64,000 bases of DNA, from assembly GCA_032718475.1 (NCBI GenBank), contig JAUCBJ010001300.1, forward strand, positions 20,926 through 84,925, written 5' to 3'. The DNA is from Nemertoderma westbladi. Lineage: Eukaryota; Animalia; Xenacoelomorpha. Position 1 is the first letter of the stretch; every line of letters starts with the position of its first letter. This document shows positions 24,259 to 37,270 of the stretch, piece after piece. The position numbers were made by a program, and so were the translations under genes. The notes under the pieces are model-generated. The model did not search any database. It was given only the letters and a program-made list of their open reading frames with translations, and was not told the DNA's origin.

Positions 24259-26269
24259 TGGGCACTATCGCCCTTCGCACTTAGTATGATTCATGTTACC
24301 ACCCATACACATACAATATATTACAGTATTACAATTCTCATTACTGTCAAGCAATAAAATAACAACAATAAATAATAACATATTAATCTGACCAAACCAA
24401 TAAACTATGTTATTGCCAATTGAAGGAAAGGATCAGGTTACAGAGATGGTTTTTCTAACCAAAACAATAAACGATGTTGTTACTAAAAAGGGAAGGAGTA
24501 GGAGTAAAAAAATGATGAACATGAGGGGGAGACAGGAATGGGGGGGGGGGGGGGGGTAACATGAATGGTGGTGGTAGGAGGTAAATTGAAAATATGGGGG
24601 TATAACAGCCGGGGGGGGGGGGGGGGGGGGGTAGCAGCAAAACAGGCAGCTGAACAACGTAACCGAACGTCGCTTTCAATTAATTTCCATCTAATTAGGA
24701 AGATGGAATGTATACAAAACGGCGGTACTTTGATCGAAGCTCACGTTCCCATGGTAGTATTTTTTCCAGTTAATCACTTAATATCTGATCGTCTGATGGC
24801 AAGCATCACCATCGCTCATATTAATATCCATTGGCAACCATGGACCCCTGCCCTATTAATGTTTTGTGTCCCTCATTAATGTTTGCGTCCCTCAATAATG
24901 TTTGTGTCCCTCATTAATATTTGTGTCCTGGCCGCAATACAAACCAGTATATAAATGATAAATTACGGGGTTTTGCCAGGCTATTGTTTCTGATTTAAGG
25001 GGTTTTACAGGTTGTTATTTCTGATTTAAGGGGTTTTGCCAGGTGGACTGAATTTCATATACTTGAATTTACGGTGTTTTGCAAGCCAATTATTGACTTG
25101 TGGGGTTCTGCCTCGAAGTGGGCATAAGTTACGGGGAACTGTCTTTGGCTTATAACTCAAAAATGGCTGGTAGAAAAGCTTCGGGGTTCTGCCAGACGAA
25201 AAAGCCGATATCGAATTACCCAAAAAGTCAAAAACATGAAAATCGAAAAAAATCGACTTAGGGGGTTCTGCCTTGAAGGTGACGGTAATTACCTCTGCCT
25301 ATTGAGTAAGATGGAAATTAGGTTCGTAGAGGATTAACGTTTAATGGCACTAATATATATATATTGCATACCACATGTCCAAGGAAGATCGAACAATAGG
25401 CTTGACTATACATAAAGTACTGTAGGTCGTGTAAAGTTCATTTTGTCTGTGTAATACTCTACAGTATTAATTTATATAATACCCAATTGACAAAGGTAAT
25501 TGGTTTTGCAGCGACATCCTATGTGACTATTTTCCCTTCCTTGGAGGGGTGTGTGTGTATTAGCATTTGATCGGCAGGATTAACCAGACTCGTATATCAA
25601 CCTGGACCAGAGCCATTTCCCCTCCCTTGGAGGTTGTGTATCAGCATATGGTCTATAGGAACAACCAGGTTTGTAAATCACTCTGGGCAGCAAAGCTCAA
25701 AGCCAGAATATCGTTGCTAAGGCAACGTCCTATCAGAGCTTCAAGGTCCAGGTAGGTTACTAGCAGTGTAAGTAATGGAGCTGACTGCTCACCGTATATT
25801 GACAGATATTGGGTTCACTGAAACGTTCATTCCAACATTGCATAATACTACAAATATTATACTGACTTATTGTTTGTTAATATTTTCACCAAGGGAGAAA
25901 TATTTGGATAGCATTCTAAAAAATTTTTTTTCATTATATTATACTTTGGTGTACATAAGCTTCTGTACTTTCATCTTTAACTTAATTACAGAATTATTCT
26001 TATTTCCGAAGTCTTTCGGTTGTTTTTTTTTTTCTCTCCTTACGAGTTACTAGGAGTTTTTAGTCGCGAAATATAAAATACATTGTTCTTGTATATAACA
26101 TACTGTATGGTATATATGTATTCATACATATACCGAAACTCATGTTAATATGGTAATAATAATGCAATTATTTTGGCAACGGCTTTACTGCTGTTATATC
26201 TGTAAAATTACGCATCTATCTGTTTATCCGAATCCCTTAAGGCAGTAAGGGGGAGACAGCCTATGGGCT

Positions 26270-27105
26270 TAGGCGGATGTCCGGATCCCTTTACGGGAGG
26301 ACAGCCTAATATACAGGCGGATGTCCGGATCCCTTTACGGGAGGACAGCCTAATATTTACAGGCGGGTGTCCGGATCCCTTTACGGGAGGACAGCCTAAT
26401 ATCTACAGGCGGATGTCCGGATCCCTTCACGGGAGGACAGCCTAATATCTACAGGCGGATGTCCGGATCCCTTTACGGGAGGACAGCCTAATATACAGGC
26501 GGATGTCCGGATCCCTTCACGGGAGGACAGCCTAATATACAGGCGGATGTCCGGATCCCTTCACGGGAGGACAGCCTAATATCTACAGGCGGATGTCCGG
26601 ATCCCTTTACGGGAGGACAGCCTAATATACAGGCGGATGTCCGGATCCCTTCACGGGAGGACAGCCTAATATCTACAGGCGGATGTCCGGATCCCTTTAC
26701 GGGAGGACAGCCTAATATACAGGCGGATGTCCGGATCCCTTCACGGGAGGACAGCCTAATATCTACAGGCGGATGTCCGGATCCCTTTACGGGAGGACAA
26801 CCCAATATACAGGCGGAGGTCCGGATCCCTTTACGGGAGGACAGCCTAATATCTATAGGCGGATGTCCGGATCCCTTTACGGGAGGACAGCCTAATATCT
26901 ATAGGTGGATTTTGTCCAGATCCCTTTACGGGAGGACAGCCTAATACTGTAATATCTATAGGTGGATGTCCATATCCCTTTACGGGAGGAGAGCTTAATA
27001 TCTATAGGTGGATGTCCGGATCCTTTCATGGGAGGACAGCTTTCAGGCTGATGTCCGGATCCCTTTATGGGAGGACAGACTACAGGCGGATTTCCGGATC
27101 CCTTT
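26270..27105 (+). repeat. Tandem array of 44/46-bp hairpin-forming units (~18 copies) inside the YR element
   Basis: Unit ACAGGCGGATGTCCGGATCCCTT(T/C)ACGGGAGGACAGCCTAATAT(CT). Confidence 0.93.
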
Positions 27106-27455
27106 ATTCAATGAGAGCCTATTATATAACATGCTCTTAATACAAGGGCAGCATGTTGTCAGAAGCTAGGTATTATATCTATTTATTTCTTTTTTTTTCC
27201 CCTTTCTTATGGATCATAATGTTATGCTGACTCGTTCCAAACACGAACGCGAGCAATTCGACAGACAATGGTGCATAACGACAACGTTTGCATTATATCA
27301 CTATATATATGTATTTCCACAGGAGATCGCTGTAATATTACTTACACTGAACTATTAACTCAATAGTGAATGACTCCTGTTCTACTAACAGTGATGGAGG
27401 GTAATATTTACAGTAGTTTATTGTTACTTACACTGAACTATTAATTCAATAGTGA

Positions 27456-29433
27456 ATGACTCCAGTTCTACTAACAGTGATGGAGGGTAATATTTACAGT
27501 AGTTTATTGTTACAGACACCGTTCTTTGCTCTCAGCAAATACTTTGAGATAAACACAGATATCCCAAACAGAGCTCCGATCATGACAACCTTAGACACAG
27601 CACAAAGGTTATATCCTTATGATCATGCAAGAACATGTGGTGAATTCTTAACCCTCTCAACACCGTCAACATTACCCGCAGCTACATTGCAGGAATTCCT
27701 AGATTTACCGATTCATTCAGTAGAATATATGATAAACAAAGAACCAACAACCCCGATTCACATAGAAAATTTAAGGAAGGATTTGCAATATTACCCTGAT
27801 CAACAACTTGTGGCAGAATTGCTCACACAGTTAACCAATGGTGTCAACATAGGTTACAATGGTCCCAGAGATAAATTTATATTCCGTGAAAATAATAAGT
27901 CCGCACTTGATAATGCTCTACAAGTAGACGAGTTACTGACCAAAGAAATTAAATCTGGCTTCATCGAAGGCCCCTTCATCAATGTACCCAAGATAACAAC
28001 ATCATCTTCCCTTATTGTTGTAAACCCACTAACATTGAGTGCCATCAAAAACAAAAAGCCAAGGCTCTGTGTTGACTGCTCACACAATCTCAAAGGGACA
28101 TTAAATAGCTTTATTTCTGATGAAGATTCCACTGTGACATATACAACGATAGATGATATCGTGGATAGTGTCATGTTCTGTGGAAATCATGCTCTAATTG
28201 GAAAATTAGATGTCAAAGATGCTTTCAAAATCATCCCAATCTCAAAGAAGGATTGGTGTCTCCTAGGAATTAAATGGCGAAATATGTTTTTTGTATGCAT
28301 CAGATTAGTATTCGGATTAAGATCAGCAAGTCGCATATTTCAAAATTATACTACTCTAATAAAAGACACAATTATTAACAAATTATCAATCCTTCCATGT
28401 CCTCCTAGCCAAAATCTCGAACTCGAAATAGACACAACAACAATGTTATCAGATATCACTAAGATTGATCACTTACTAGATGACTTTATTATAACAACTG
28501 TTAGTATTCCAGAATTGGCCACATACACTTTCAATTTGATAATTGACATTTTCAAACACTATCACATTCCTCTAAATACCCAGAAAACTTTCCCCCCCTG
28601 AACACCGGCAGACAGTATTCGGGATTGGAATAAACACCATTTCAATGAAGTTCTTTGTGCCAAATGACAAGCAAGGTACAGCCCTAGCAGAAATTCACCG
28701 ATTTCAAAACATGGCATCAGGAACTATGATAAATAAACGTGAGCTTCAGAGCCTTATTGGGCTACTATCATTCATCTCTAAAGCAGTATGTGCTAGTCGC
28801 ACATTTCTTCGTCGCCTCATTAATGCAATATCAGTGTCCAAGCATCAAAAGATGATATGCATTCCAGGTAAGTTGCACCTCGACCTGGAATATTGGATAT
28901 TTGCATTACACACATTACATAACTATCAAGCACCTTTACAAAACCCAACCATGCTGACTCCTAGCCAACACACCCTGTCAACAGATGCATCTGGGTTTGG
29001 TTTGGGAGGTATTTGTAATGAAGACTGGTTCTCAGTACGGCTACCAGAACAGATGACTAACAATCAATTATCAATAGCAGCAAAAGAGTCAGCGGCTATA
29101 CTACTCGCAGTTAAAGTATATGGGCGATCTTTTGGTGGTTCAAGGCTACTAATTTATAGTGACAGTGAGACCAGCATACATGCATTTGCAAAGGGAACTT
29201 CCAATAAGCCAGTGCAGATGACACTGATTCGCCTACTTCTCCACACTTGCACAGAATACGGAATAATGGTATTCTGCCAGCACATCCCAGGACATGACAA
29301 CATTGGTCCAGATCTCTTGAGCCGTCTCAGGATCAGCAAATTCAAAGCTTTGTTTCCAAAAATGAATGGAGACCCAACTCCTGTTCTTGACCAATGGTCC
29401 GAAATCAAACAAGCCATTTTCAATCCAGTATAA
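27456..29433 (+). CDS. Reverse transcriptase-RNase H of DIRS/Ngaro type (+1 frameshift in the C7 run at ~28592-28598)
   Basis: NNKSA..EIKSGFIEGPF, KPRLCVDCS, KLDVKDAFKIIPI, FGLRSASRIF and HLLDDF; RNase H motifs TDASG, KESAA, YSDS and HIPGHDNIGPDLLSR. Confidence 0.88.
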
Positions 29434-29668
29434 AAATAAACATAGACAATGCTACAATGTCCACAAGTAAGACAATGTATTTTATTTATTTTATATAAAT
29501 ATTTTTTTTCATACTTTATACCAAATGAAAACTATAGCTATCCCAAGGTGATCATCGTTTCACAGTCAACAATATATCTTAACATTTAGCGGTATCATGG
29601 TTCATGGTAAAATATCATGCATAGATAAGTAAATTTGTTTTCAATAAGTATATAAAATCTACAACATC

Positions 29669-30819
29669 ATGTCAGTTCCAGAGATAAATTATACCATTGG
29701 CACTATTGCATATAGAGGCGAAAACAACTCATGGTTGAGATTACAACTGTCAACCGAGGGTCCCATCTGGGAGGGCACAGAAGCCCCAAGTAGTGCATCA
29801 CAATATCTGGTGTTGCATCATGGTGAGCAGGTAACATTCTCTGGTGTAGTATACAAATTAAATAAAGCCATCAATAAGGATTTTATTCTTTTTATTCCGG
29901 TCAGAGCAACATCCCCTGAGCCACACATACAACCTGAGACAGCCCAAGAACATGAAATTACATTCATGGAGAAGTTTGTAGGAGTTTTGTTGAAGGCTCC
30001 TGTTCTATGGATGGGATAACACAATCGAAAGGAAACAAACGCCAAGAAACACGATCGGACAAGGAAGTGCCTGGGGTATTGTCATCAACACGACCACTTG
30101 AAAGGGACACGGTGGATCAACTTCGCTTGCAGTACCGATATATCCCTCTAACTGAACTGGCTGAACGGCAAGAGCTGAATGGAAAATATGGGAAAAACGC
30201 AGAAGTAGAATCCACAGGGGGAATGTTGAACTGCTTAGCCCTACTTGCTAGTTATAAGAGTGCCTTCTATCCAGAAGAAGCACCAAAGATATGGACTTAT
30301 TATCGGAACATGCTCGAGATAGCCCCATTATATTCACTTGGGTTTTTACTCAAGGTTGACAAAGACCATCGTCTCTATGTTGAAACCAATCAGGGAGGAT
30401 GGGAGCGACCACCAACTATTCGCCATCCCATGCGATCAGACTACATGAACAGATGTCGAAACTGCGACAAGCAGCATTTAGGCTCATGTTTGCCAGCAGA
30501 GGCATTTACGACGTCACCAAGGAAAACAAACCAGAGCAACTTCAAGAGGGGAGTTTTCTGCCACGGGTGTCACCGTGAGGGTCATTATCGCCCAGATTGC
30601 AAATCCAAAAACCGAGAGGATTCTGAATCACACTTCAAGAGGAGATATCAGGATGACTCAGACGATGTTAGAAGAGGTACAAATGACAATAGGTTCCGAC
30701 ATCGACTTCGGTACGATAATGAAGAGGACAATAATATCAACAATGCTAGGGAGAGGGTCCCGATTGTAAAATCGCTGCCTAAAAAAGCCTTAGGAAACCA
30801 ATTTATTCAGCAAGGATAG
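29669..30819 (+). CDS. Gag-like protein with CCHC zinc knuckle (two overlapping ORFs 29669-30019 and 30007-30819, possibly one frameshifted gene)
   Basis: CHGCHREGHYRPDC knuckle plus CRNCDKQHLGSC. The segment YPEEAPKIWTYY...VDKDHR...W resembles the DIRS/Ngaro Gag YD..FR..W region. Confidence 0.7.
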
Positions 30820-30959
30820 TTTACCCACAAGCCTAAAACTGTTTAAATATATATAATCGCATCTATAAAAAATAGCATATGTTATTAAGTAGTTTACGAA
30901 CTAAACTATAAATAGTTTATATATATATTGTCTACCAGCCATATGAAACATCCATCGCC

Positions 30960-31867
30960 ATGGAAATTCACCAATCCTTAATAAATCAGCTTGTTGTTGA
31001 TAGTTTTAGTCATAATACCCAAAAGAAGTATATATCAGCATGGTATAAGTACAAACTATTCTGCAGAATCGCAGGAAAAGCACATACTCCTGTTTGTCAA
31101 AGAACTCTGGAAACATTTATTCTTATGTCTCACTATAGTGGTCTGCGGGCATCATCTATACGGATGTACCTTGCAGGTATAATGAGTACTTTAATGAACA
31201 TAGAATGCTCATCAGATATAAATATGGGACGGCTACAACATATTATACGAGGATGCGAAAGAGCCAAGGAGCTCCATCTGTTGCCCGGCCTATAATGGCA
31301 GCCGACCTACACTTATTAATGCAATCCTTACCACAATTTTACAACAACCGTTTGCTTGATATACAAATGATGAAGGCCATTTTTACAATGGCTTTCTTCG
31401 CTGGCATGAGAGTGTCAGAATATGTTAATTTGACAAGGTCTAATATCGAAATGTCAATTAATTGCATAATCATAACTCTGGACCATTCAAAGACATCACG
31501 TTCAGCTCTAAAGTTTCCCATTGCTAAGGTGGGTGGACCATTGTGCCCACATAATCGCCTGAAGATATACCTACAGTTCAGAGATCAATGCGGCCCAAAC
31601 ATATCCCCACTTTTTATATGGTCAACAGGTGAATCAGTTCAAGCCCACCACATTAATGGTGTTTTACGTAAAATAATGGGACAGGGTTACTCCAGCCATA
31701 GTTTTCGTTCTGGGATGGCCACCACTGCCTCCAAGGTTGGTATACCTCCAAACACTATAAAGAAATTAGGACGATGGAGAAGTTCTTGCTACGAATCCTA
31801 CATAAGGCCATCAGACTACGAACTCATAAATGCTCAACGCGTTATGGTATCTTCAATCAATAACTGA
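30960..31867 (+). CDS. Tyrosine recombinase (frameshift near 31260)
   Basis: N-terminal SAM-like part (TQKKYISAWYKY...IRMYLAGI), then AFFAGMRVSE, HSKT, HSFRSG and LGRWRSSCYESYIR; catalytic R, K, HxxR, W and Y all present. Confidence 0.92.
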
Positions 31868-33804
31868 TACATGTTCACTGATCATGAACATAATATATGA
31901 TTACTATTATTATTAGATATTATATATATCCTTTATTCGAAATTATATATAGTCATATATTATATCTTAATTTACCTATACACAACAGCATGTATGTGTT
32001 GTATACGCATGAAAATATCGATTCTGAATTTATTCTATTAGAAACCAAAATCGCCATCTCAATTTGTAAGAATAATAATAATTAATAGTGCCTCAATTTA
32101 TTTTTTTTTTTTTTTCATGGTTGAAATAGGCATAGGAAGTGGTACTTGATCAGTGCGTTTCCGTATATCCACCTTCTGCCATTCTGATTGGGGGTTTCTT
32201 TGGGGGGTTGTTTTTTCCCTCTTCAGAATAGCAAACAGGATTACCTAACTAGGCTAGACTTCCCCAAACACGAACGCGAGCAATTCGACAGACAATGGTG
32301 CATAACGACAACGTTTGCATTATATCACTATATATATGTATTTCCACAGGAGATCGCTGTAATACCCAATTGACAAAGGTAATTGGTTTTGCAGCGACAT
32401 CCTATGTGACTATTTTCCCTTCCTTGGAGGGGTGTGTGTGTATTAGCATTTGCTCGGCAGGATTAACCAGACTCGTATATCAACCTGGACCAGAGCCATT
32501 TCCCCTCCCTTGGAGGTTGTGTATCAGCATATGGTCTATAGGAACAACCAGGTTTGTAAATCACTCTGGGCAGCAAAGCTCAAAGCCAGAATATCGTTGC
32601 TAAGGCAACGTCCTATCAGAGCTTCAAGGTCCAGGTAGGTTACTAGCAGTGTAAGTAATGGAGCTGACTGCTCACCGTATATTGACAGATATTGGGTTCA
32701 CTGAAACGTTCATTCCAACATTGCATAATACTACAAATATTATACTGACTTATTGTTTGTTAATATTTTCACCAAGGGAGAAATATTTGGATAGCATTCT
32801 AAAAAAAATTTTTTTTTACCCTCTTCCGGCCTTGCGATTGGCCGTAGATGAACGATCTTAGACAGCACGCGTTTTCTGGTCTTACCTAGTTTCCTATCTT
32901 GTCTGCCCACCTGGGGGGTTGTTTTTTCCCTCTTCAGAATAGCAAACAGGATTACCTAACTAGGCTAGACTTCCCCAAACACGAACGCGAGCAATTCGAC
33001 AGACAATGGTGCATAACGACAACGTTTGCATTATATCACTATATATATGTATTTCCACAGGAGATCGCTGTAATCCTTGTTGTGAATTCGAAATATGAAG
33101 AAAAAACGTTAATCCCAAATTCCCTATTCCCAGATACCAAAAGGACGCGTTGTTCAACTGAGCCCCGTTAGCGGAAACAGCCAGTGCCGCTAGTCGGTGG
33201 GGTTGACTTGTTGACAAGAGGCTATTATGAGGCGTAATGAGATACGCATTGCGTATCTTCTTCAGTGAACCAATAATGGCAGATCCCAAATTCCTTAATC
33301 CCAAATACCTTATTCCCAAATCCCAAATAGGGGCCGTCCATAAATGACGTCACGCAGAGTAGGCTTGACTAGTAAGCTTAACTACACTAAACTACTAAAC
33401 GGTCCCTAAACTACTGGCTTACTGGTAGGTACTGGCCTAGGTAGATACCGGTATCAGTTTGAAAGGCTACCACTCTGCCACTATCTGACTATGGATAACA
33501 ACAAACTATTTAACAGTGGTTCGCCAAACATGTCCGCACTAGTCAATACTTCACTCAAGTTGTAAAATGTTTGGACCCCAACTGTTGCTCAGCGCCACGC
33601 TCATGTTTATTTCAAGTGATTCCTTCCAGATTTATCCCTCCACCTATTCCAATATCACAAAGTGATATCTGAACCTGAACAATTTTCCGTCTCAACCCAT
33701 AACTTTTTATCACTCTTTGTCAATCTAGCTTTGGGTACGACCATTTTGACGCTCCTACCTCGTCCTACAACCGCCTTCAAGGCTATTCCATACGATTTGT
33801 ATTG

Positions 33805-34055
33805 TAATATAATATTGGTTATTTATATAGCGCTTTTCTACGCTCAGCATACTCAAAGCGCTTTTATTATCATTACCCCCAGCAAAGCCAGGTTCCCATT
33901 ATACCGCTGGGTTGACGTAGGCACTAATGTCTAAAGTGTCTTGCCTAGGGACACCACAGTGCGAAATTTCTATAGCCTTTAGTCGGATTCGAACCTGCGC
34001 CACCAACACTATTGTGTAAGCAGTTCAGGCGCCATATCCACTCGGACACTGCGAC
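33805..34055 (-). mobile_element. tRNA-derived SINE with CORE-like body and L2-like tail
   Basis: Minus strand: A box TGTCCGAGTGG, B box GGTTCGAATCC, CORE-like TGTCCCTAGGCAAGACACTT, tail AAAGCGCTTTGAG...AAAAGCGCTATATAAAT. Confidence 0.8.
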
Positions 34056-34079
34056 ATTGTCCCTCAATAATATCAAAGC

Positions 34080-37000
34080 TTAGTGAACGCATCTGCGAAA
34101 CGTGCAGCATTTATTTCGCATCGAAGGTTTTGTTAAAACAACATATTCATGTCCATGGAGGAGCGGAACTACTACTACTAGTATCGGCATGCTGCATGCA
34201 TTAGTTAGGAAGTTTTCCCTCGGTTCTCCGGTTCTTGGTGATATTATATCCTGGGGGTGTTGTTGTTTCAGACCTGATATGCTAGCTACTGAACCTGGAT
34301 GGAAGCTATTTATCGCTGCTCGAACTGAGGCTACCAAGATGTGGATTGGATCAATGGTGTTGGTCTCAGGGAAAGGCTCGCCGATCTGGAGGGCATGATG
34401 GATGTTTACTAAACATTTTACAGATAGGGGGGGGGGGACTGGACACACAGTCATACTGGTGTGCAGGTACCGGTATAGGCCTATCCACTTCTTGCCTATC
34501 TACCGGTATGTATGCCGCGACTTCCGGGTTTAATCCCGTTGTCCGCGCTACCCTATCGCCTACACTATCTCTCCCAGCATGGCCTATAGTATGTGCAGTA
34601 AGGCCTACAGTATGTCCTGCAGTCTGCCTGTGTCCTTCCAGACCGAAGTTTAGTCTTCTCGAATATTCCAAGAAGTCCTCCCCGCGACTACCATATTCTC
34701 GAATGGCCCCTACGTTCCGTCGGGAAGATTCTCTTCGATCCCCTCTTCTGTCTTCATCTTCGTACATCCTGTACCCTTCTCCCGGTGTGTGGTATATCTC
34801 ACCAGGTTATGTTTCTCCAGGGCGATGGCAATCTCCCGGAGTATGACCCCACCGGCTCTCTGACTCCATCTCGACTACTGACTGCTCACTGTCCGTCCTT
34901 CCTCTCTGGTTGCTCGTGGCAATGCTCCTTTGATTCTCCTCACTTCGTCTCGCTTCAGTGTAGTGTTCCTCCTCGTGAGATCTCGCTTCGACCTCCCAGA
35001 TAAACTCCACTGTTCTTCTTCCATCTTCCGACTGGGCTCGACGTTTTCTCGCTCGCCCGCTCACAGCACCAATGTCTCTCTCTCTGCCCAGCTGGACAGC
35101 CCCGGGGATATTCGCAATCCCCCTACTATTCTCTGTCATCGGGTGCCACGGTTCACCTAACTCGCCGCGCGCATTGTCCACCGACGCTTGTGGGACATTT
35201 TCTGGGTTTGTTCACCCCCGCTTCTCGCTGCGCAACTGCGTGGCCTTGCAGGCTCTCATTGGGTTAACTCACCCCCGCTTCTCCCTGTGCAACTGTGTGG
35301 CCTTGCAGGCTCTCGTTGGGTTGACTCACCCCCGCTCCTCCCTGTGCAACTGCATGGCCTTGCAGGCTCTCATTGTTCCCCCTATGTTTGTATTAATTGC
35401 ACCGTTATTAATTTCGCCTTGATTTGTCACACCATTATCAATAATATTATTTTGATTAATTTCTTCAGGGTTATTTAACGCATTAATGTTACCTAAATTA
35501 TTTAAATTATTTTGCTTGAGATTATTTGTATTATTTAGATTATTTTGCACATTTAAATTAGGGTTATTGTTGTAAAATAATAATTCCTGCAAGAAAGGTT
35601 TGATTAGGATTGTCTATTACGGTACTATTAATATTAACTCCCTCTAACGTATTATTATTATTACCCCCCCCCCCCCCATCCCCCCCCCCCCCGCCCGTAC
35701 GGTTACAACAGTCCTGGGTCTGTCGTCCGGTACCTGTAAGTGGGGCATTAACAAAGGTTTCCATTACCTCTGGTTCTTCATAAATACTACCCGAACCAGC
35801 CTCACTCTCCGATAATCCCATTTTTGCCAGTTCTAATCAGCCCTTTTGCTTCGCTCAATACTGCATCAACCCCCTCAGCCGGGTATGCATATCATCCCGC
35901 ATCCGTTTACCTGCTCTCTCTCTCTCTATCTGTCCTCCCTCATACTCTGGTTGGCTAATTCTATCTCCCTCGCCTCCCGCTCTCTACGCTCGTTCACCTC
36001 TCTTGCCTCCAGCTCCTTGCGCTTGTTCACCTCTCTTGCCTCCCGCTCCTTGCGCTCGTTTTCTACTCTCGCCTCCCGCTCCTTGTGCTCTTTACGCTCA
36101 CTCATCTCTGTCTCCTCGCGCTCCCTATAGTTTCTCGCCACCCTCTCGGCCCTCTCTTTACACTCTCTCGCTAATTCCCTCTCCCTCTCTAATAGCGCAG
36201 TTCCCTCATCTAACTGCCTCTCCAGTTCCTTTTGATCCAGCACCACAATGTCTAGTTGACACGCCAGAACTATCTCTAACACCCTTCTCTTGCTTTCGTG
36301 GAGGATGTAGTGGACTTACCGGTCACGACGGACTCCCGTCGCCTCTCTCTCCTACTAATTTTCCCCCATTTACTGGGGTTCCTACTAACCAATGACACCG
36401 AATCCTCGGGGTTAACCTCGGATTCGCCGTCGTGCGGGTCCGCCCATCCCACTAACTTAATTCCCCTGGCATCCTCTAGGTAAGGCCCTACGTACACTAC
36501 ATCTGGTTCCATTACCTCGGACCGCCACAATTCAAACAGTTCTGTGGCGACCCCCCTCGCTCTCTCATTCGCCAGTTCTCCCTGTCCAAAATGGACTAAG
36601 TAACGAAAATGTTTATTCGACTCACCTAGCCTCTGGTATAGTTTAGGCTGGTCTACCTTTCTCCCCTCCTTAGCCTCTTTTAGTAGTTTCTTCGTGGCGT
36701 TGTACGCCTGTTGTAGGCGATCACTCGTCCTGATGTCCTCCTCGTTGACTCTACCTTCCCTCCTCATCCGGCGTCGTACCGATGGCCCCACCGTCGCCGT
36801 TCCGGTGGGCCGTCCGTCGCCCTCGGCCTGTGACTGGCCGGTGACTTCGGTACTCCGACCGCCGTCATTGTCTTGCATCGACTCATCATTGTCTTTCCCT
36901 CCTCGTTGTTGTCGGCCGCCCTCCGCTTGGGTATTCGGATCGTCCCTCATTGGCGAATCCGGGGTGGCAGGCCAGTATCGTCTCGTCTCGGCCTCTCGGA

Positions 37001-37270
37001 TTGTTTGGTTGGTGTCGTCCGGGGTTCGCGGCGGCGTTCTTTCACCCTCCTACTCTCGGGGTGTTTGTCCGCTCATCTTTGGGCTTTCTGGTTCTGGTCA
37101 CAGTTTTAGTTGTCGGTTTAGTTTAGACTTCTCGGCTAGTTTCAACTGTGACGGGATTGAGTTAAATGATCCTGACTGGGTTAGGTTGTACGCGTCACTT
37201 TGCTGCTGGGCTGCTGAACTAATATCTTTGGCCAAAGGCCGTCGGGAAAATAACAGAGTTTGTGTTTCTC
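34080..37270 (-). pseudogene. Decayed BEL/Pao-like gag region
   Basis: Chain of broken minus-strand ORFs. VNPEDSVSLVS...STTSSTKAR followed by an E/R coiled coil is typical of BEL gag N-termini. Also an N-rich tract and three ~60-bp repeats (35211-35375). An LTR-like region with TATATAAG follows at ~37270-37640. Confidence 0.55.

Larger units (their letters stand above)
19475..25285. mobile_element. Putative TA-flanked non-autonomous Tc1/mariner-pogo-type element with nested repeats
   Basis: ~38-bp inverted ends (A/C)CGTCACCTTCAA(C/G)GCAGAACCCCCTAAGTCGATTTTT, each flanked by TA (19473-74 and 25286-87). Subterminal GGGGTT(T/C)TGCC repeats at 24965-25275. Confidence 0.55.
25477..33074 (+). mobile_element. 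Ngaro-type tyrosine-recombinase retrotransposon with split direct repeats (A1...B1-A2-B2)
   Basis: A1 25477-25931 matches A2 32360-32817; B1 32201-32363 matches B2 32912-33074. TAAT is shared at both ends and at the B1/A2 junction. Encodes RT/RNase H, Gag-like and YR ORFs. Confidence 0.9.

Noticed and set aside
26270-27105. CRISPR-like array of palindromic repeats
   Set aside because: Units are head-to-tail with no unique spacers, there are no cas genes, and the context is a eukaryotic retroelement.
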